From: Candidatus Bathyarchaeota archaeon
GTDB taxonomy: Archaea > Thermoproteota > Bathyarchaeia > 40CM-2-53-6
Assembly (NCBI GenBank): GCA_963835925.1
Contig: CAWIHH010000004.1
Coordinates: 282,111 to 346,110 of the forward strand
Direction of reading: 5' to 3'
Length of the DNA stretch: 64,000 nt
Shown here: one piece after another, positions 20,487-31,029 of the stretch
Position numbering within the stretch: position 1 is the first letter of the stretch
Layout of the letters: each line of letters starts with the position of its first letter
Position numbers and translations under genes: made by a program
Notes under the pieces: model-generated
What the model was told of the DNA's origin: nothing
Seen by the model: the letters and a program-made list of their open reading frames with translations, nothing else
The model's database searches: none

Positions 20487-21760
20487 GCGCGACTGACAAC
20501 TATAGAAGCCATTACACGTTTGCAATGGACTTCGGAACGAGCGACTTCAAGTTCGGGCCGATCACGTGTGGAGAGAATCCCCGGATAGTAAACAATCGTG
20601 GGTACTTCCCCGACAAGAAATCAGTCATGTACAAAGCCTTCGAGGCCGCAGCCGATGTGATCGTTGGAGATGATATTCCACTCTACCTGCAGTCCAACGA
20701 AGATCTTTCCACTCGTCTGGTGTATCCGATGCGTAACGGAGTTATCGAGAAGGGAGATGAAAACGCCTGGCGAGTAGTGAGTGCGCTCTCAGAATTCGGT
20801 TTAACTTCATTTGAACCCGAACCGAACAATGGCTTCCAAGGATACTATGTTGTCGCTTCACTCTCATCCGTATCCCCACGCTACATGTACGAGCAGTTTC
20901 TGGAGATCTTCAAAGAGAACAACAGCGAACGGCGCTGTTCGAGCCGTCACGGTTATCCCACAACCATTCGCAGTAGCGATAGGGCACGGAGTGACAACCT
21001 GCGTAGTAATAGAATCTGGACATGGAAATAGCCAAGTCTGCCCGATATCAAAATACCCAATTCGCGCAGCCCAAGTCGCATTGAACCGGGGTGGAGGCGA
21101 CGCAAATGCAATCACATCAGAGATCCTAAAAGACGCTGGATATGCGGACCTCGCCAATGAAGAAGCTCTCGTCAGAAAGGTCAAGGAAAGCATCGGACTC
21201 GTTCCTTTAGACCTAGACACAGCAATGCAAGAAGCCAGGAAAGCACCTAGAAGGTTCAGAGCCAAATACAAGGTTCCAGGAACCCGCGTCGAAATCGATC
21301 TTGAGAAGGATTCATGGTCTCGATTTCTATAGGCGAATATGTCTTCAATCCAAACCATGAGATTTTCGAAAGCTACTTCGGTCGAGGAATGCCTAGACCA
21401 AAAGATGTCAAGATGGGGGACACAATTTTCCGAGGCATGCTGGATTTCGGAGATGCCATAATCGCGTCCGTCGAACGTTGCCCAGTCGAACTTCAACCTT
21501 TACTCTACCGCGAGATACTTCTGTCCGGGGGCAACTTCAGCTGGACCGTTCCCGAGCGCCTAGAAGATGTTGCAGTTGACGCTCCGACAAAAATAAAATC
21601 ACTACTAAGAGAGAAAGGAATCAAGAACGTCACTATCAAGATGACCCAATCACCTCAGTACTCGGTCTGGCACGGTTGCATAATCTACGGCTTCGCTGTT
21701 CCCGAGGAATATGAATGGGATTGGCAACGACTTGAAGGGTGGATGAAACTCAGTGGTTAG
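20483..21760 (+). CDS. Crenactin (archaeal actin), split by frameshifts near 20920 and 21320
   Basis: YTFAMDFGTSDFKFGPIT (phosphate-1), LVYPMRNG, PQPFAVAI, VIESGHGNSQVCPIS (phosphate-2), LNRGGGDANAITSEILKD, IGEYVFNPNHE, ILLSGGNFSW (adenosine), PQYSVWHG and EGW. Collinear with Pyrobaculum crenactin as recalled. Confidence 0.93.
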
Positions 21761-22412
21761 CCTTCCAATACGAAGAACGACTGCTTCACTATTTCCTTGC
21801 GATGGGCGCGCAACCCCTTGAACCGATCCAGAACTCCGCCCCGGGGCTAACACTGAGTCTCGGCTCCGAAAAGTCCATGTTGCAATCCTGAAAAACGATG
21901 CGTTTCTCCAGAGAGGCAAGATCCTAGAAGCAATAATGAACCTAGCGTCTCTGAGAGATACAGTGAACCAACTATATCTTGCCGCACCTCGACTACTCGG
22001 GACAACAATTGATGCCGAAGTGTTCCGATCACACGGAATAGGTTTACTGCTCTTTGACGATCAGGAGAATTGATGAAACAGTTGCGCCGCAATCGATTCA
22101 CTTACCATCACCCGGAACCGATGGTCCTGAGAAGCTTGATCCTGGCTGTGGTGGCTGAAGTTGCGACATTGAAGTCGATGTATTCGGAGATGGAGAGAAC
22201 AGTCTCTAGACTCCGCGAAGATCTCAAGAGTTTCCAAGAGACTATTGGCTCACTGCACCATCAGTCTGAGAGAATTCCTGAACCGCCAATCTTCCACGGA
22301 ACCGAAATTTGCTGAAGGAAGTGGTGAACTGCCTTCATTCTTCGGCAATAATCCATGGTTGGAGGTTCTCTCAAGACGAGGCAGAGAGGAGAACGCTCCG
22401 ATTGCCGGTTGA
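21753..22412 (+). CDS. Arcadin-2-like crenactin regulator (about 220 aa, reconstructed across frameshifts)
   Basis: The GTG overlaps the crenactin end. Fragments ...VNQLYLAAPRLLGTTIDAEVFRSHGIGLLLFD..., a coiled coil VAEVATLKSMYSEMERTVSRLREDLKSFQE, and a C-terminal ELPSFFGNNPWLEVLSRRG resembling the arcadin-2 C-terminal actin-binding helix. Confidence 0.7.
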
Positions 22413-22677
22413 GACAGTCGTGCGGGTCCCAATACGCAGAATTCCGGTCGTCATTGACCTTAAGGATCCGTTGGCGCCAGAACTTTCTCTCGACGATTTC
22501 AGAGAGCTCTTTGGGAAAGACCCCGACATGAACCGGTACAGGATCGTGACAATCGAAGTCATCACATCCCCTGACGACATGCAGCCAATGCTAGTTTCCG
22601 AATGTGGCCGATATTCCAGATTCCTCCGACGAGAATCGGACAGCATCTATTTCCGAAAGAAGCTGGATATGGCTTAA
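22402..22677 (+). CDS. Small Arcade-cluster protein (possibly arcadin-3-like) with a degenerate zinc-finger motif
   Basis: The TTG overlaps the end of the arcadin-2-like gene: MPVETVVRVPIRRIPVVIDLKDPLAPELSLDDFRELFGKDP...EVITSPDDMQPMLVSECGRYSRFLRR. The arcadin-3 assignment rests mainly on gene context. Confidence 0.6.
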   Translation: MPVETVVRVPIRRIPVVIDLKDPLAPELSLDDFRELFGKDPDMNRYRIVTIEVITSPDDMQPMLVSECGRYSRFLRRESDSIYFRKKLDMA

Positions 22678-22977
22678 CTAGGCTCAGGCCATTTACAGTG
22701 ACGACGTACAGGAGACTTAATTCTGAGAAATCCCCTGTTACTTCCCCCGGTTCACGTGCAATAGCGAAGATTGCCAACATGGCGCTCAAAAGGCGAGAAA
22801 ACGGTCTGATCGCATGTTCTGACTCAGAAATGCTAATATCTAGCGCAAGACTTAAATATACTGTCGTGTACAGTTATTATAGCTTTCGGGCCGGATGACT
22901 GGTTCTGAAGCGGAACGACGACGTTGTTCTACTGAGGAGATGGCTCGAGCGTAAAGCATGAAGTAGGTTGGAGAAAA

Positions 22978-23911
22978 ATGAGTGCAAGTGCAACAACCCG
23001 AAAAATGGGAAAAATCACCAACTGCCCCGAATGCGGCAGCGCAAATCTTGTAGAGGATTATGATCTGGGAGAGATCATCTGTCACGATTGTGGATTGGTG
23101 CTTAGTGAGCATTCGCTCAACCAAGGTCCTGAATGGCGAGCGTTCACCAAGGAAGAGAAGGATGAACGAGGTCGCGTCGGAATTCCAACATCATTCTCAA
23201 TTCACGACAAGGGATTATCCACCGTAATCGACCGCGTCAACAGAGATGCATACGGCCGACAGCTTCCTCTAGCCACAAGGCTTGAGATGCTGCGGTTAAG
23301 GAAATGGCAAATCCGAACCAGAGTTCATTCCTCGGCCGACAGAAATCTTGCTCAAGCAATGGCAGAACTCGACAGACTCACAGACATGTTACACATCCCA
23401 GCGTCCATCAAGGAACGCGCGGCAATAGTTTACCGAAAAGCCCTGGACAACGGTCTCGTCAGAGGCCGATCCATTGCCGCCATAGCCGCCGCATCATTGT
23501 ACGCCGCGTGCAGAATGTCAGAAACTCCCAGAACACTGAAAGACGTATCGGCTGCAAGCAGAATTCGCAAGAAAGACGTTGCCCGATGCTACAGATTACT
23601 CGTCAGAGAATTGGATCTTCGAATGCCAGTCGAGGACCCTGTGAAGTGCATTTCCAAGATAGCGACCAAAGTCGAAATATCAATGCCCACGCAGCAGCGC
23701 GCAATCAAAATCATAAACGAAGCCAAGAAGAAAAGGCATCGTCGCTGGCAAGGACCCAATGGGTTTGGCAGCCGCATCACTCTACGTCGCATGCGTTCTC
23801 GAAGGAGAAAAGAAAACCCAGAAAGAGATAGCTGAAGTGGCCAACGTAACCGAGGTCACAGTCCGCAACAGGTACAAGGGCCTAAAAGAAGCCCTCAAAC
23901 TGGACATCTAA
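22978..23911 (+). CDS. tfb: Transcription initiation factor IIB (frameshift in the A-run near 23730)
   Basis: Zn ribbon CPECG...[40 protein letters not shown]; the C-terminal [10 protein letters not shown]...[11 protein letters not shown] is in a shifted frame, ending at TAA 23911. Confidence 0.96.
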
Positions 23912-23943
23912 CTCGGCTGAATTGGTCCTGCTGCTGTCTCGAA

Positions 23944-23957
23944 TCTTTTTTTATTTT
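23944..23957 (+). terminator. T-tract terminator after tfb
   Basis: tctttttttatttt about 35 nt after the tfb stop. Confidence 0.55.
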
Positions 23958-24096
23958 CAAGGTTAAACTTACTCTTCTTCACGGTAAACTTACTCGCCTC
24001 TACTCCGAACTCAGTTTTTGGCATTGACTCAGAATTCCTTCTAGGTGTAACGCCATTCCTGCATTTGCAGGAATGCGGACCCCCCCCATTAGTGTT

Positions 24097-24310
24097 TCAA
24101 TGTCCATTCTTGTTCAGATCGCCCTCTTCGAGCTCCAAAACGAGCCTGCCAACGTAGCCGCACTCCTCGCACGAATAGACAGGCGGCAGGAGCCATCCGC
24201 CGAGAGAATCATGAAGCCGAATCTTTATGCTCCCACATGAAGGACAAATCTGAGCCGCCGATCCGGAACGTTTCAATTTCCTTACGGTTTCGAAGAAGCT
24301 GTTCGTAACA
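24097..24310 (-). CDS. Small Zn-ribbon protein
   Basis: Not in the ORF track: ...NSFFETVRKLKRSGSAAQICPSCGSIKIRLHDSLGGWLLPPVYSCEECGYVGRLVLELEEGDLNKNGH*. Two CxxC pairs; the start codon is unclear. Confidence 0.7.
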
Positions 24311-24331
24311 ACATCACTTCAGTCCAGGGCT

Positions 24332-24640
24332 TCAATGGATCTCGATGGAGGTTTCCGGAAAGCCAGACTGAACAAGCAAACTCTTGACTTTCTTCCGATG
24401 ATCTCCTTGAAGCAATATGAGCCCATCCTTCGACGTCCCACCACAAGCGCAGTAGGTCTTAAGTTTGGCTCCTAAGTCGTTGAGATTGACGCTCTTCGAG
24501 TCAATTCCTTCGATGATAGTGGTAGCCTTACCCCATTTCCTAGTCTCGAGGCGAACTTTGACAAGTTGCTGCTCCATGCTGATGGTTCCGCAGACACACA
24601 GATCCTTAGGAAGGCCACAAGTGGCACAAACTTCCGCCAT
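24332..24640 (-). CDS. Translation initiation factor aIF1 (SUI1)
   Basis: MAEVCATCGLPKDLCVC...LKTYCACGGT...LQGDHR. Confidence 0.95.
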   Translation of the reverse strand: MAEVCATCGLPKDLCVCGTISMEQQLVKVRLETRKWGKATTIIEGIDSKSVNLNDLGAKLKTYCACGGTSKDGLILLQGDHRKKVKSLLVQSGFPETSIEIH

Positions 24641-25128
24641 AATTCGGTTCAATTACTCCTGTCCAGTCGTGCGGAATATCATTTTTGACAGTATTTAAGT
24701 CATACCTTCTGAAGGACAGGCCGCACAGCGAAGAACGGGCAGGTTACGAGCACTCAAATTGCCATCGCTTTCTCCTAATTACGTCAGGAGTCCGCAGTTG
24801 CTCGAATCTCACCAGGCGCATCAACGGCGCTATGTCAGCTTACACAGCTCATTCCAACAGACTAAAGCCACAATATCGTAGAGCAAGAACGTCGCAGATT
24901 CTTCAACCTACTAAAAGGAACTGATAGATGGTCTACTGCGGTCATCACAAAAAGTGATCAATTTGAATACTGATCGTGGACAGATGGAAATCACACTAGA
25001 TATCCAGAGGACCAGAGCTCGGAGACAAACTTGCCGGAACACTCTGTTGCGGAGGCAGCAAGAAAGAAGCTCTATCCACCTCTTGCGCCATTCCTTTATC
25101 ACAAGGGTCCTGAATATCATTGAAGAAA

Positions 25129-26298
25129 TTGCCTGCTAACCTTCCGCCTGAAGCTAAGGCAAAATGGAATGAGGCCCTGGCGGAGAAAAATCTGAGGAAG
25201 AAGATTCAAGCATTTCAGGAATTTCTTTCGACTATTCCGAAACACAAAGGCAACGAACGTCTCAGAGCTCAGATCAGACCAAGATAGCTACGCTCAAAGA
25301 AGAAGTTGCTGCTCAAAGCGGGAAACGAAGTGGAAGCCGCTCCCCTTGGACAATCAAGCGTGAAGGCGCGGCCCAAGTAGTGATGTTCGGTCCAACAAAC
25401 GCAGGTCGAAGCAGTCTACTTAGAGCTTTAACGAACGCGCAACCGCCGATTGGCGATTACGAGTTTACGACTCACCGACCAATCCCAGGGATGCTTCCAT
25501 ACGAAGATATTCAACTTCAGCTTGTGGAACCACCAGCCCCCAACTCGGCCAGGACGGCGAATACGAGATCCAGCCTGAAGCGACAGACCTACTCCGCATG
25601 TGCGATGGTTTGCTCCTTGTCGTGGACCTAACTTCAGATCCAATAAGCCAATTCCAGACTACTACCGACGCTTAGAGGAAGCCCACATCTCAATTCAAAA
25701 ACCTCATCAAGGGTTGAAATAGTGCGAGAGAAAGGAACAGGGGAAATTCGCATCGCGACATCAGTACTCAAACCTCAGCCGATCTCGACCAAATCAAGGC
25801 TATTTCACAGTTATGGGATAAACAACGCACTTGTAAGAGTATACGGCGATGTGACTCTCGACGCTATCGAAGACGCAATCTCGGAAAACGTCACCATTTA
25901 CAAGCCATGTTTGGTGGTTGGGAACAAGCTCGACCTTCTTAGAGGCAGGAAGGACTTCTGGCGAATTCGAGAACAAGATAGGTGCGCAACTGCCAGTACT
26001 TTTGACGTCCTGCCTAACTGGTCAAGGATTAACACAGGTCGCTGAGGCGACCTTTCATTGCCTCGGGATGATGCGCATTTACACTAAGGAACCCAATCAG
26101 TCAAAACCTTCGGTGCATCCATTTGTGGTCCGCTCGGGCACTACTGTGAAGGAACTGGCGCGTAGTATTCACAGTGCTCTAGCTGAGAAGTACCGCTATT
26201 CACGAATCTGGGGGCCCACTAGCAAGTTTCCAGGCGAGCGTGTGGGTCCGGAACACGTACTTGGAGATCACGATGTCGTAGAGATCCACGCAGAGTGA
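25129..26298 (+). CDS. DRG/OBG-family GTPase with TGS domain (several frameshifts)
   Basis: TTG start MPANLPPEAKAKW; IPKHKGNERLR, GPTNAGRSS, YEFTTHRPIPGML, GNKLD, RIYTKEP, RIWG, LGDHDVVEIH. Confidence 0.9.
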
Positions 26299-26773
26299 GG
26301 AGCAGCTACGGTTCTAATGTTATTTATGAGAATTTGGGTGCGACTAGCCAGTCCTGCTTAGAGTCTGGCGCGACGTCGCCTTCGGAAATTCTTGATCCGC
26401 CAGAATCCACTCGAGTCACGATAATATTCCATAATTTCCATTTATTTTTCACACCAACATTGCACAGTTCGGAACCTCGCCTCACTTAGAGATTTCACCA
26501 TAACCCGGCACGCATTATTCAGCCAAGCACCATCCCAAAACAGACATGCAGACTGCAAGTTCCACGCAAAACCGAGCTCGCAACGTTATGAGTTGACATC
26601 GTTGTTCAAACTTAAGCTGCCCTTGAAGCAGGTGCATCGAGCAAATCCGTTGTGATGTTCCAGTGAATCCCGATCTCAAATTGCAGCCGAACCAGCATAC
26701 TTGTTACCGCAAACGCTAGATTCGAAATCGGATTAAAAAGTTGATGAAAAATATCGAATTATTTAGTCAGGCT

Positions 26774-27114
26774 TTAGTTTTTCAAGGCCCCGAATATTCC
26801 ACCGACAATTCCTAGAATCATTCCCGCCATGAGCCGCCGCCAATAAACAGACTGAACACTGCAAGCGGAAATATGAGCACATCCGCTATAGCTCCATTCC
26901 CCATCAGAATCATGAATGACCCAAATACCAATACTAGTCCTATGATGAGTCCGATTGCAAATGCGTAGGCTGGACCTATGATGGGCAACCACCAGAATAT
27001 CAAAGACCAAATCGTGTAGAATGTGGGAGCTAGCAAAAGCGCGCTATTGAGAAGGACGAGGATTCCTGATAACAGTGACAGGGCAAAACCTACTCCCGCT
27101 TTCCGTCCAATCAC
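26774..27114 (-). CDS. Small multi-pass membrane protein (frameshifted)
   Basis: GFALSLLSGILVLLN...FSLFIGGG joined to AGMILGIVGGIFGALKN. The GTG start overlaps the upstream stop. Confidence 0.7.
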
Positions 27115-29188
27115 CGTCTTTCTAGCTTGAATGACCGTTCTCGAAGGTTGTCTGGAAGCATGGCTTGTGGCCTACCACAGTAGGGGCAGTAGACTGAGTA
27201 CACTGGCATTATTCTTCCGCAACTTCTGCACCGCACTGTCGGAAGCGGCAAGACATATTGCACCAGCGGGCGCTCTTCACAATCATATGCGAGCAGGAGC
27301 GGGAGGCCTACTCTTCCGTTTCATCGTGAATGCCATAACCACCAACCCAAGGCCAAGCGCTAGAAAAAGACCCGTAGAAGAGGATTAGGTAGATGAGAGG
27401 ATTTGTCGAAGATGAGAACGGTTTCGGAACTCTCAGAAGGACGTCTACGGTATGAGTAATCGGACTCGAAGCTAGGCTTGTTCCAACAATAGTCATAGTG
27501 TAATTGTTCGGCGTTGCGTCCGGACCGACACAAATGGTCAGGATAGAGTTACCCGCTCCGCCAGAGGTCAGTGTAACTGGATTCGGTCTGTATTTGAAGG
27601 TTGCGTGAGCGGGAAGATTGGTTAACGTTAGGTTTACTGGCGCACCGAAATTCCCTATTGAACGTAACGCAACGCTGATGTTACCACATTGGCCGAGGTT
27701 CACTATGAGGGGATTTGGTTTCTTGGGGTTTGCGTCGATCGTGAAATCCGAGGGTGTCGGAGTTACAATTAGCTGCACGGTGATGCTGTGGGTGATGAGT
27801 GGGAGCGTTGAGGTACCGGTTATTGTCAAGTCGTATGTTCCGGGTGGCGTGCCTAGGGTTGTCGATACTGTCAGGGTAGAGTGGACAGTTCCCCCCTGAG
27901 GAGGCGTTACTGGATTTGGCGAGATGCTGCCTGTGGAACCAGGCGGTAGGCCGGATACCTGCAAGTTGACTGGAGAGTTAAAACTTCCAACTGAGGTCAC
28001 ACTCAGTGAGTACGTTGCCATTCCGTCTTGCACTACAGTCTGCGAAATCGGCATGCCAGAGAGCAAGAAATCCAGTTGCGGACCGTGCACGAACTTGTTT
28101 CCGAAGAGTTGATACACCGCGTAATACCCATTTTGATCGGCGAATTCTGGATAGGTCTGTTGGTATGGGTGAAACGCAAGGCCTTCAACTATCCCATTGC
28201 CCACTTGGAAATAGAAACCTAGGATAGCGTACCTGAATGGTACGCCGAAGTTGTTACTGTCGATGAGAATCCTAACATCAGAGACGTGTGCAGGTCGAAC
28301 AGCCGAAACAACTTGACCACCGCCTTCAGTGTAAATTGTAACAGAGTTTGGATTGGAACCTGGGTTGTAGTATTGACTCGGAAATTCGGGTGAAAAGCTA
28401 CTCCCGCTCGGGGGATTGTAGACCGTACTCTTCCAAGAACCCTCACCGCCATCTGCGATCTGAACATAGCCCGGGAAAGCCGCGATCATGTCTAAGAGTG
28501 CAATGTCAGTGTAGATTATCTCGTTTCCTCGTTGCACATAGGCTGCAAGAGTGTTATAGACGGCCTGTATCCTCGCATTCCTGTCTGGAGCATAGCTTGA
28601 AGGGTTCCCATACCAGCCTGGACAATCATCAACAATCAGTGAATATTGATTGATCAATGATGGATTGGCTTCAACAGCTGAAGGGTCCACTATCGTATAG
28701 CTGATACCCATTCGGTCAAGCGAGATATCAGTCCTTCCGAAAACCCCTCTAATCACTAGAATTCGAGTCGGTTGTCTCACGAAAAAGACTTTGTTCGAGG
28801 TGAATGGAACGGTGAGCTGAGTGACCGTGACTTGGGAAAAAGTCGAATTGGAAAGGAAACTGTTCACAACGGAGAGGAACTTCTGTTCAATAAGAAATGG
28901 GCCCCCCTGGTAGACCGCTCCGGTCGGCGTTAACGCGGTCTGCATATTGGCATCCGGTGGTTCAATTATCCTCGCCAGGCCAGCGCTTGAGCCGCTTGCA
29001 AGGAACTCATGAATGAACCCGTATACATGAACTCGATCCGCTTGCTTGTTATCCATGGGGACCACGATCGTTCCAGTTGGGAAAGTTGCTGCCGCAAGAG
29101 GAGGTATCGCGGCCACGGCATAGAAGCTCGGTCCAAGAATCACGAGGAAGAGTACAAGGCACGCAAGAATCTCACGAGATCTTTTCAT
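27111..29188 (-). CDS. Cell-surface protein: signal peptide, alpha/beta domain, two Ig-like repeats, TM anchor and cytoplasmic Zn ribbon (C-terminus frameshifted)
   Basis: Repeats DF(L/T)...(S/N)F..PVNL....LP......PNPVT...GG...S.LT.......(P)..Y..TI.GTS; a hydrophobic segment near 27330-27400; CRSCG...CPYCG in a shifted frame near 27170-27240. Confidence 0.75.
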
Positions 29189-29451
29189 TCATGAGTGCCT
29201 CTATTTGAAATCATACTGGCCTTTTTTCTGATTTCTGGGCTAGTCGTTACCTTAGCCTTTCGTTGGCTACTTAAGACTTCGTTATCCTAATCCTAGCGAC
29301 TTCCTAATAGCCCATCTCTTCAAACCCATCCGTCGGTGGAATCACCCTACTGATTTATTGCAATTTTGCACTCAAATAGTGCAGTTCTTTGTATGAAATC
29401 TGCGCTGAACATAATCGATTACAAGTCAACGGTCATTATCCGAGATCACTG

Positions 29452-30370
29452 CTAGGAACGCCATTCCAAATAGCCAAGAAAACCGAAGACGCTAACTCTG
29501 GTCGTGCTCTTAAGAAATTCAGGTAGATCGATCGATGACCATCCTGCCCGCTGGGCCACGTCATCGACCAGATTGGCGACGATCTCATCGACAGGCTGTT
29601 GTCTCGACACGGGTTGCTCAAGCCTACTCCTCCAGTCAAGCAAAACATCGATATTTTTCTCAAAGTTCTCGCTCGGATTGGTCAACAGTCCGAAGTGTGG
29701 CGTGAACAATTTCATCGGTGAAAGCGCTTGGAGCCTTTTGATAGAGTTAATGGCTCTTTCCAGGTTGAAACTGGGTGGCGGAGTGGTGGGAATCAGGATG
29801 GGCGTTCCAGTAGGATGGACGCCTAGGGCGTCGCCGGTGAACAGGTCGCCTGTTTCTTCCAAAAGATAGCTGAGATGGTGAGGTGCGTGTCCAGGAGTCC
29901 AGATCGATCTCAGTGTTACTCCGTCTCCCAAAGAGACCTGTTCGTCGTCTTGAATGATTCGTATTCGTTTATTGCTTACAGGAACCGGGACTCCGAATCT
30001 ATGAATCAGTGTATCTCCGAAAACTTCCCCCGCGCTTGTCACAAGTCTGCGTAGGATCCGTCAGGTGGGGTTCGCCTTTAGGATGCACTCTGACAGTAGC
30101 GTTGGGAAATCTTTGGGCAATTGTTCCGCAAGATCCGCAGTGATCCAAGTGGACGTGCGTTGGCAATAAGTAGTGGAGCCCATCATCAGCGATACCGTGT
30201 GCCAATAGATCTCCCATTACAGTTTCGGCTGAGGAACGATAGCCCATGTCAATTAATGCCGTCTCTTTGCCACGAACGAGGTACGCCGCTACAACTCCCT
30301 GTTCACCTAAAGCTCGGGTGTCGATGATGGCTGTGGACTTGGTGACTTGTTTTAGCAAGGTCCATCCCAC
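29452..30370 (-). CDS. Metallo-beta-lactamase fold hydrolase (frameshifted)
   Basis: THVHLDHCG, TPGHAPHH, FTGDALG, TPHFG. Confidence 0.9.
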
Positions 30371-30674
30371 AGCTCAATATGCTCGAAACGAGTATATTGA
30401 GTGGCCGTTGTCTCCAGAATCTGCCGCGACCACTATGATCGACAAGGATAAAGTTAAGCCGACCTGAATTTCCACATGACAAAACGCTCTCATCGCCGAG
30501 GAACATGGGTCTCGACGAGGAGACAATTGATGAACTTATCACGACAAGGCAACGCAAGATCATGGAAGGGTGCGGCTCATTTGCAGCTTCAGAAAGATCG
30601 AGAAGCTAGTAAGAAAAGCAAATCATGCAAGCCCAGATGGCGAATAGCCAATTGGCCTGAGTCGAGGCAAATGC

Positions 30675-30953
30675 CTAATCGCGTAAGTCGTGTTGAGGGA
30701 GGCTGCACTCGGGGCACTCTGCCGAGTCTTCGGAAATCTGAGCCATACAGTACCAACAGAATTTCTTTCCTGGCTCTGGCGTGGGTGATGAGGGCTCTGA
30801 GCGAAGAAATCCAACAGCAAACATCACTCCCCCCACCAATGCGATCGGAAGTCCAAAGACTGAAACACCCAACGGAACGTACAGATCCATAACTACAAGG
30901 AATATTCCGAAAATGGCTAGGATCGCTCCAGAAGCGACTAGGCCTCTGTACAT
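30675..30953 (-). CDS. Two-TM membrane protein with C-terminal Zn ribbon
   Basis: Two hydrophobic helices followed by CWYC...CPEC. Confidence 0.75.
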   Translation of the reverse strand: MYRGLVASGAILAIFGIFLVVMDLYVPLGVSVFGLPIALVGGVMFAVGFLRSEPSSPTPEPGKKFCWYCMAQISEDSAECPECSLPQHDLRD

Positions 30954-31029
30954 TTGGATCAGGAAGGTTGATTGGCCTGATAGATAATTGCCTTTTCGAC
31001 TACCCAAATTGAGACGCTAGAAGTATAGA

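Noticed and set aside
20483..21760. Programmed frameshifting or pseudogenisation of crenactin and other split genes
   Set aside because: Indels are scattered across unrelated essential genes with no shared slippery motif and with conserved residues intact; sequencing error is the simpler explanation.
24700..25120. Short ORFs between SUI1 and the DRG GTPase
   Set aside because: No recognisable motif; a frameshifted small gene cannot be distinguished from non-coding DNA.
26299..26773. Intergenic region with weak mini-ORB-like words (GTTCCAGTGAAT, GTTCCACGCAAAAC)
   Set aside because: Degenerate matches, no G-strings, no clear AT-rich unwinding element and no cdc6 nearby.
30476..30892. 138-aa plus-strand ORF, or a shorter MGLDEETIDELITTRQRK ORF
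   Set aside because: The long form overlaps a better-supported opposite-strand gene; the short form has a TATA/SD-like context but no recognisable homology.
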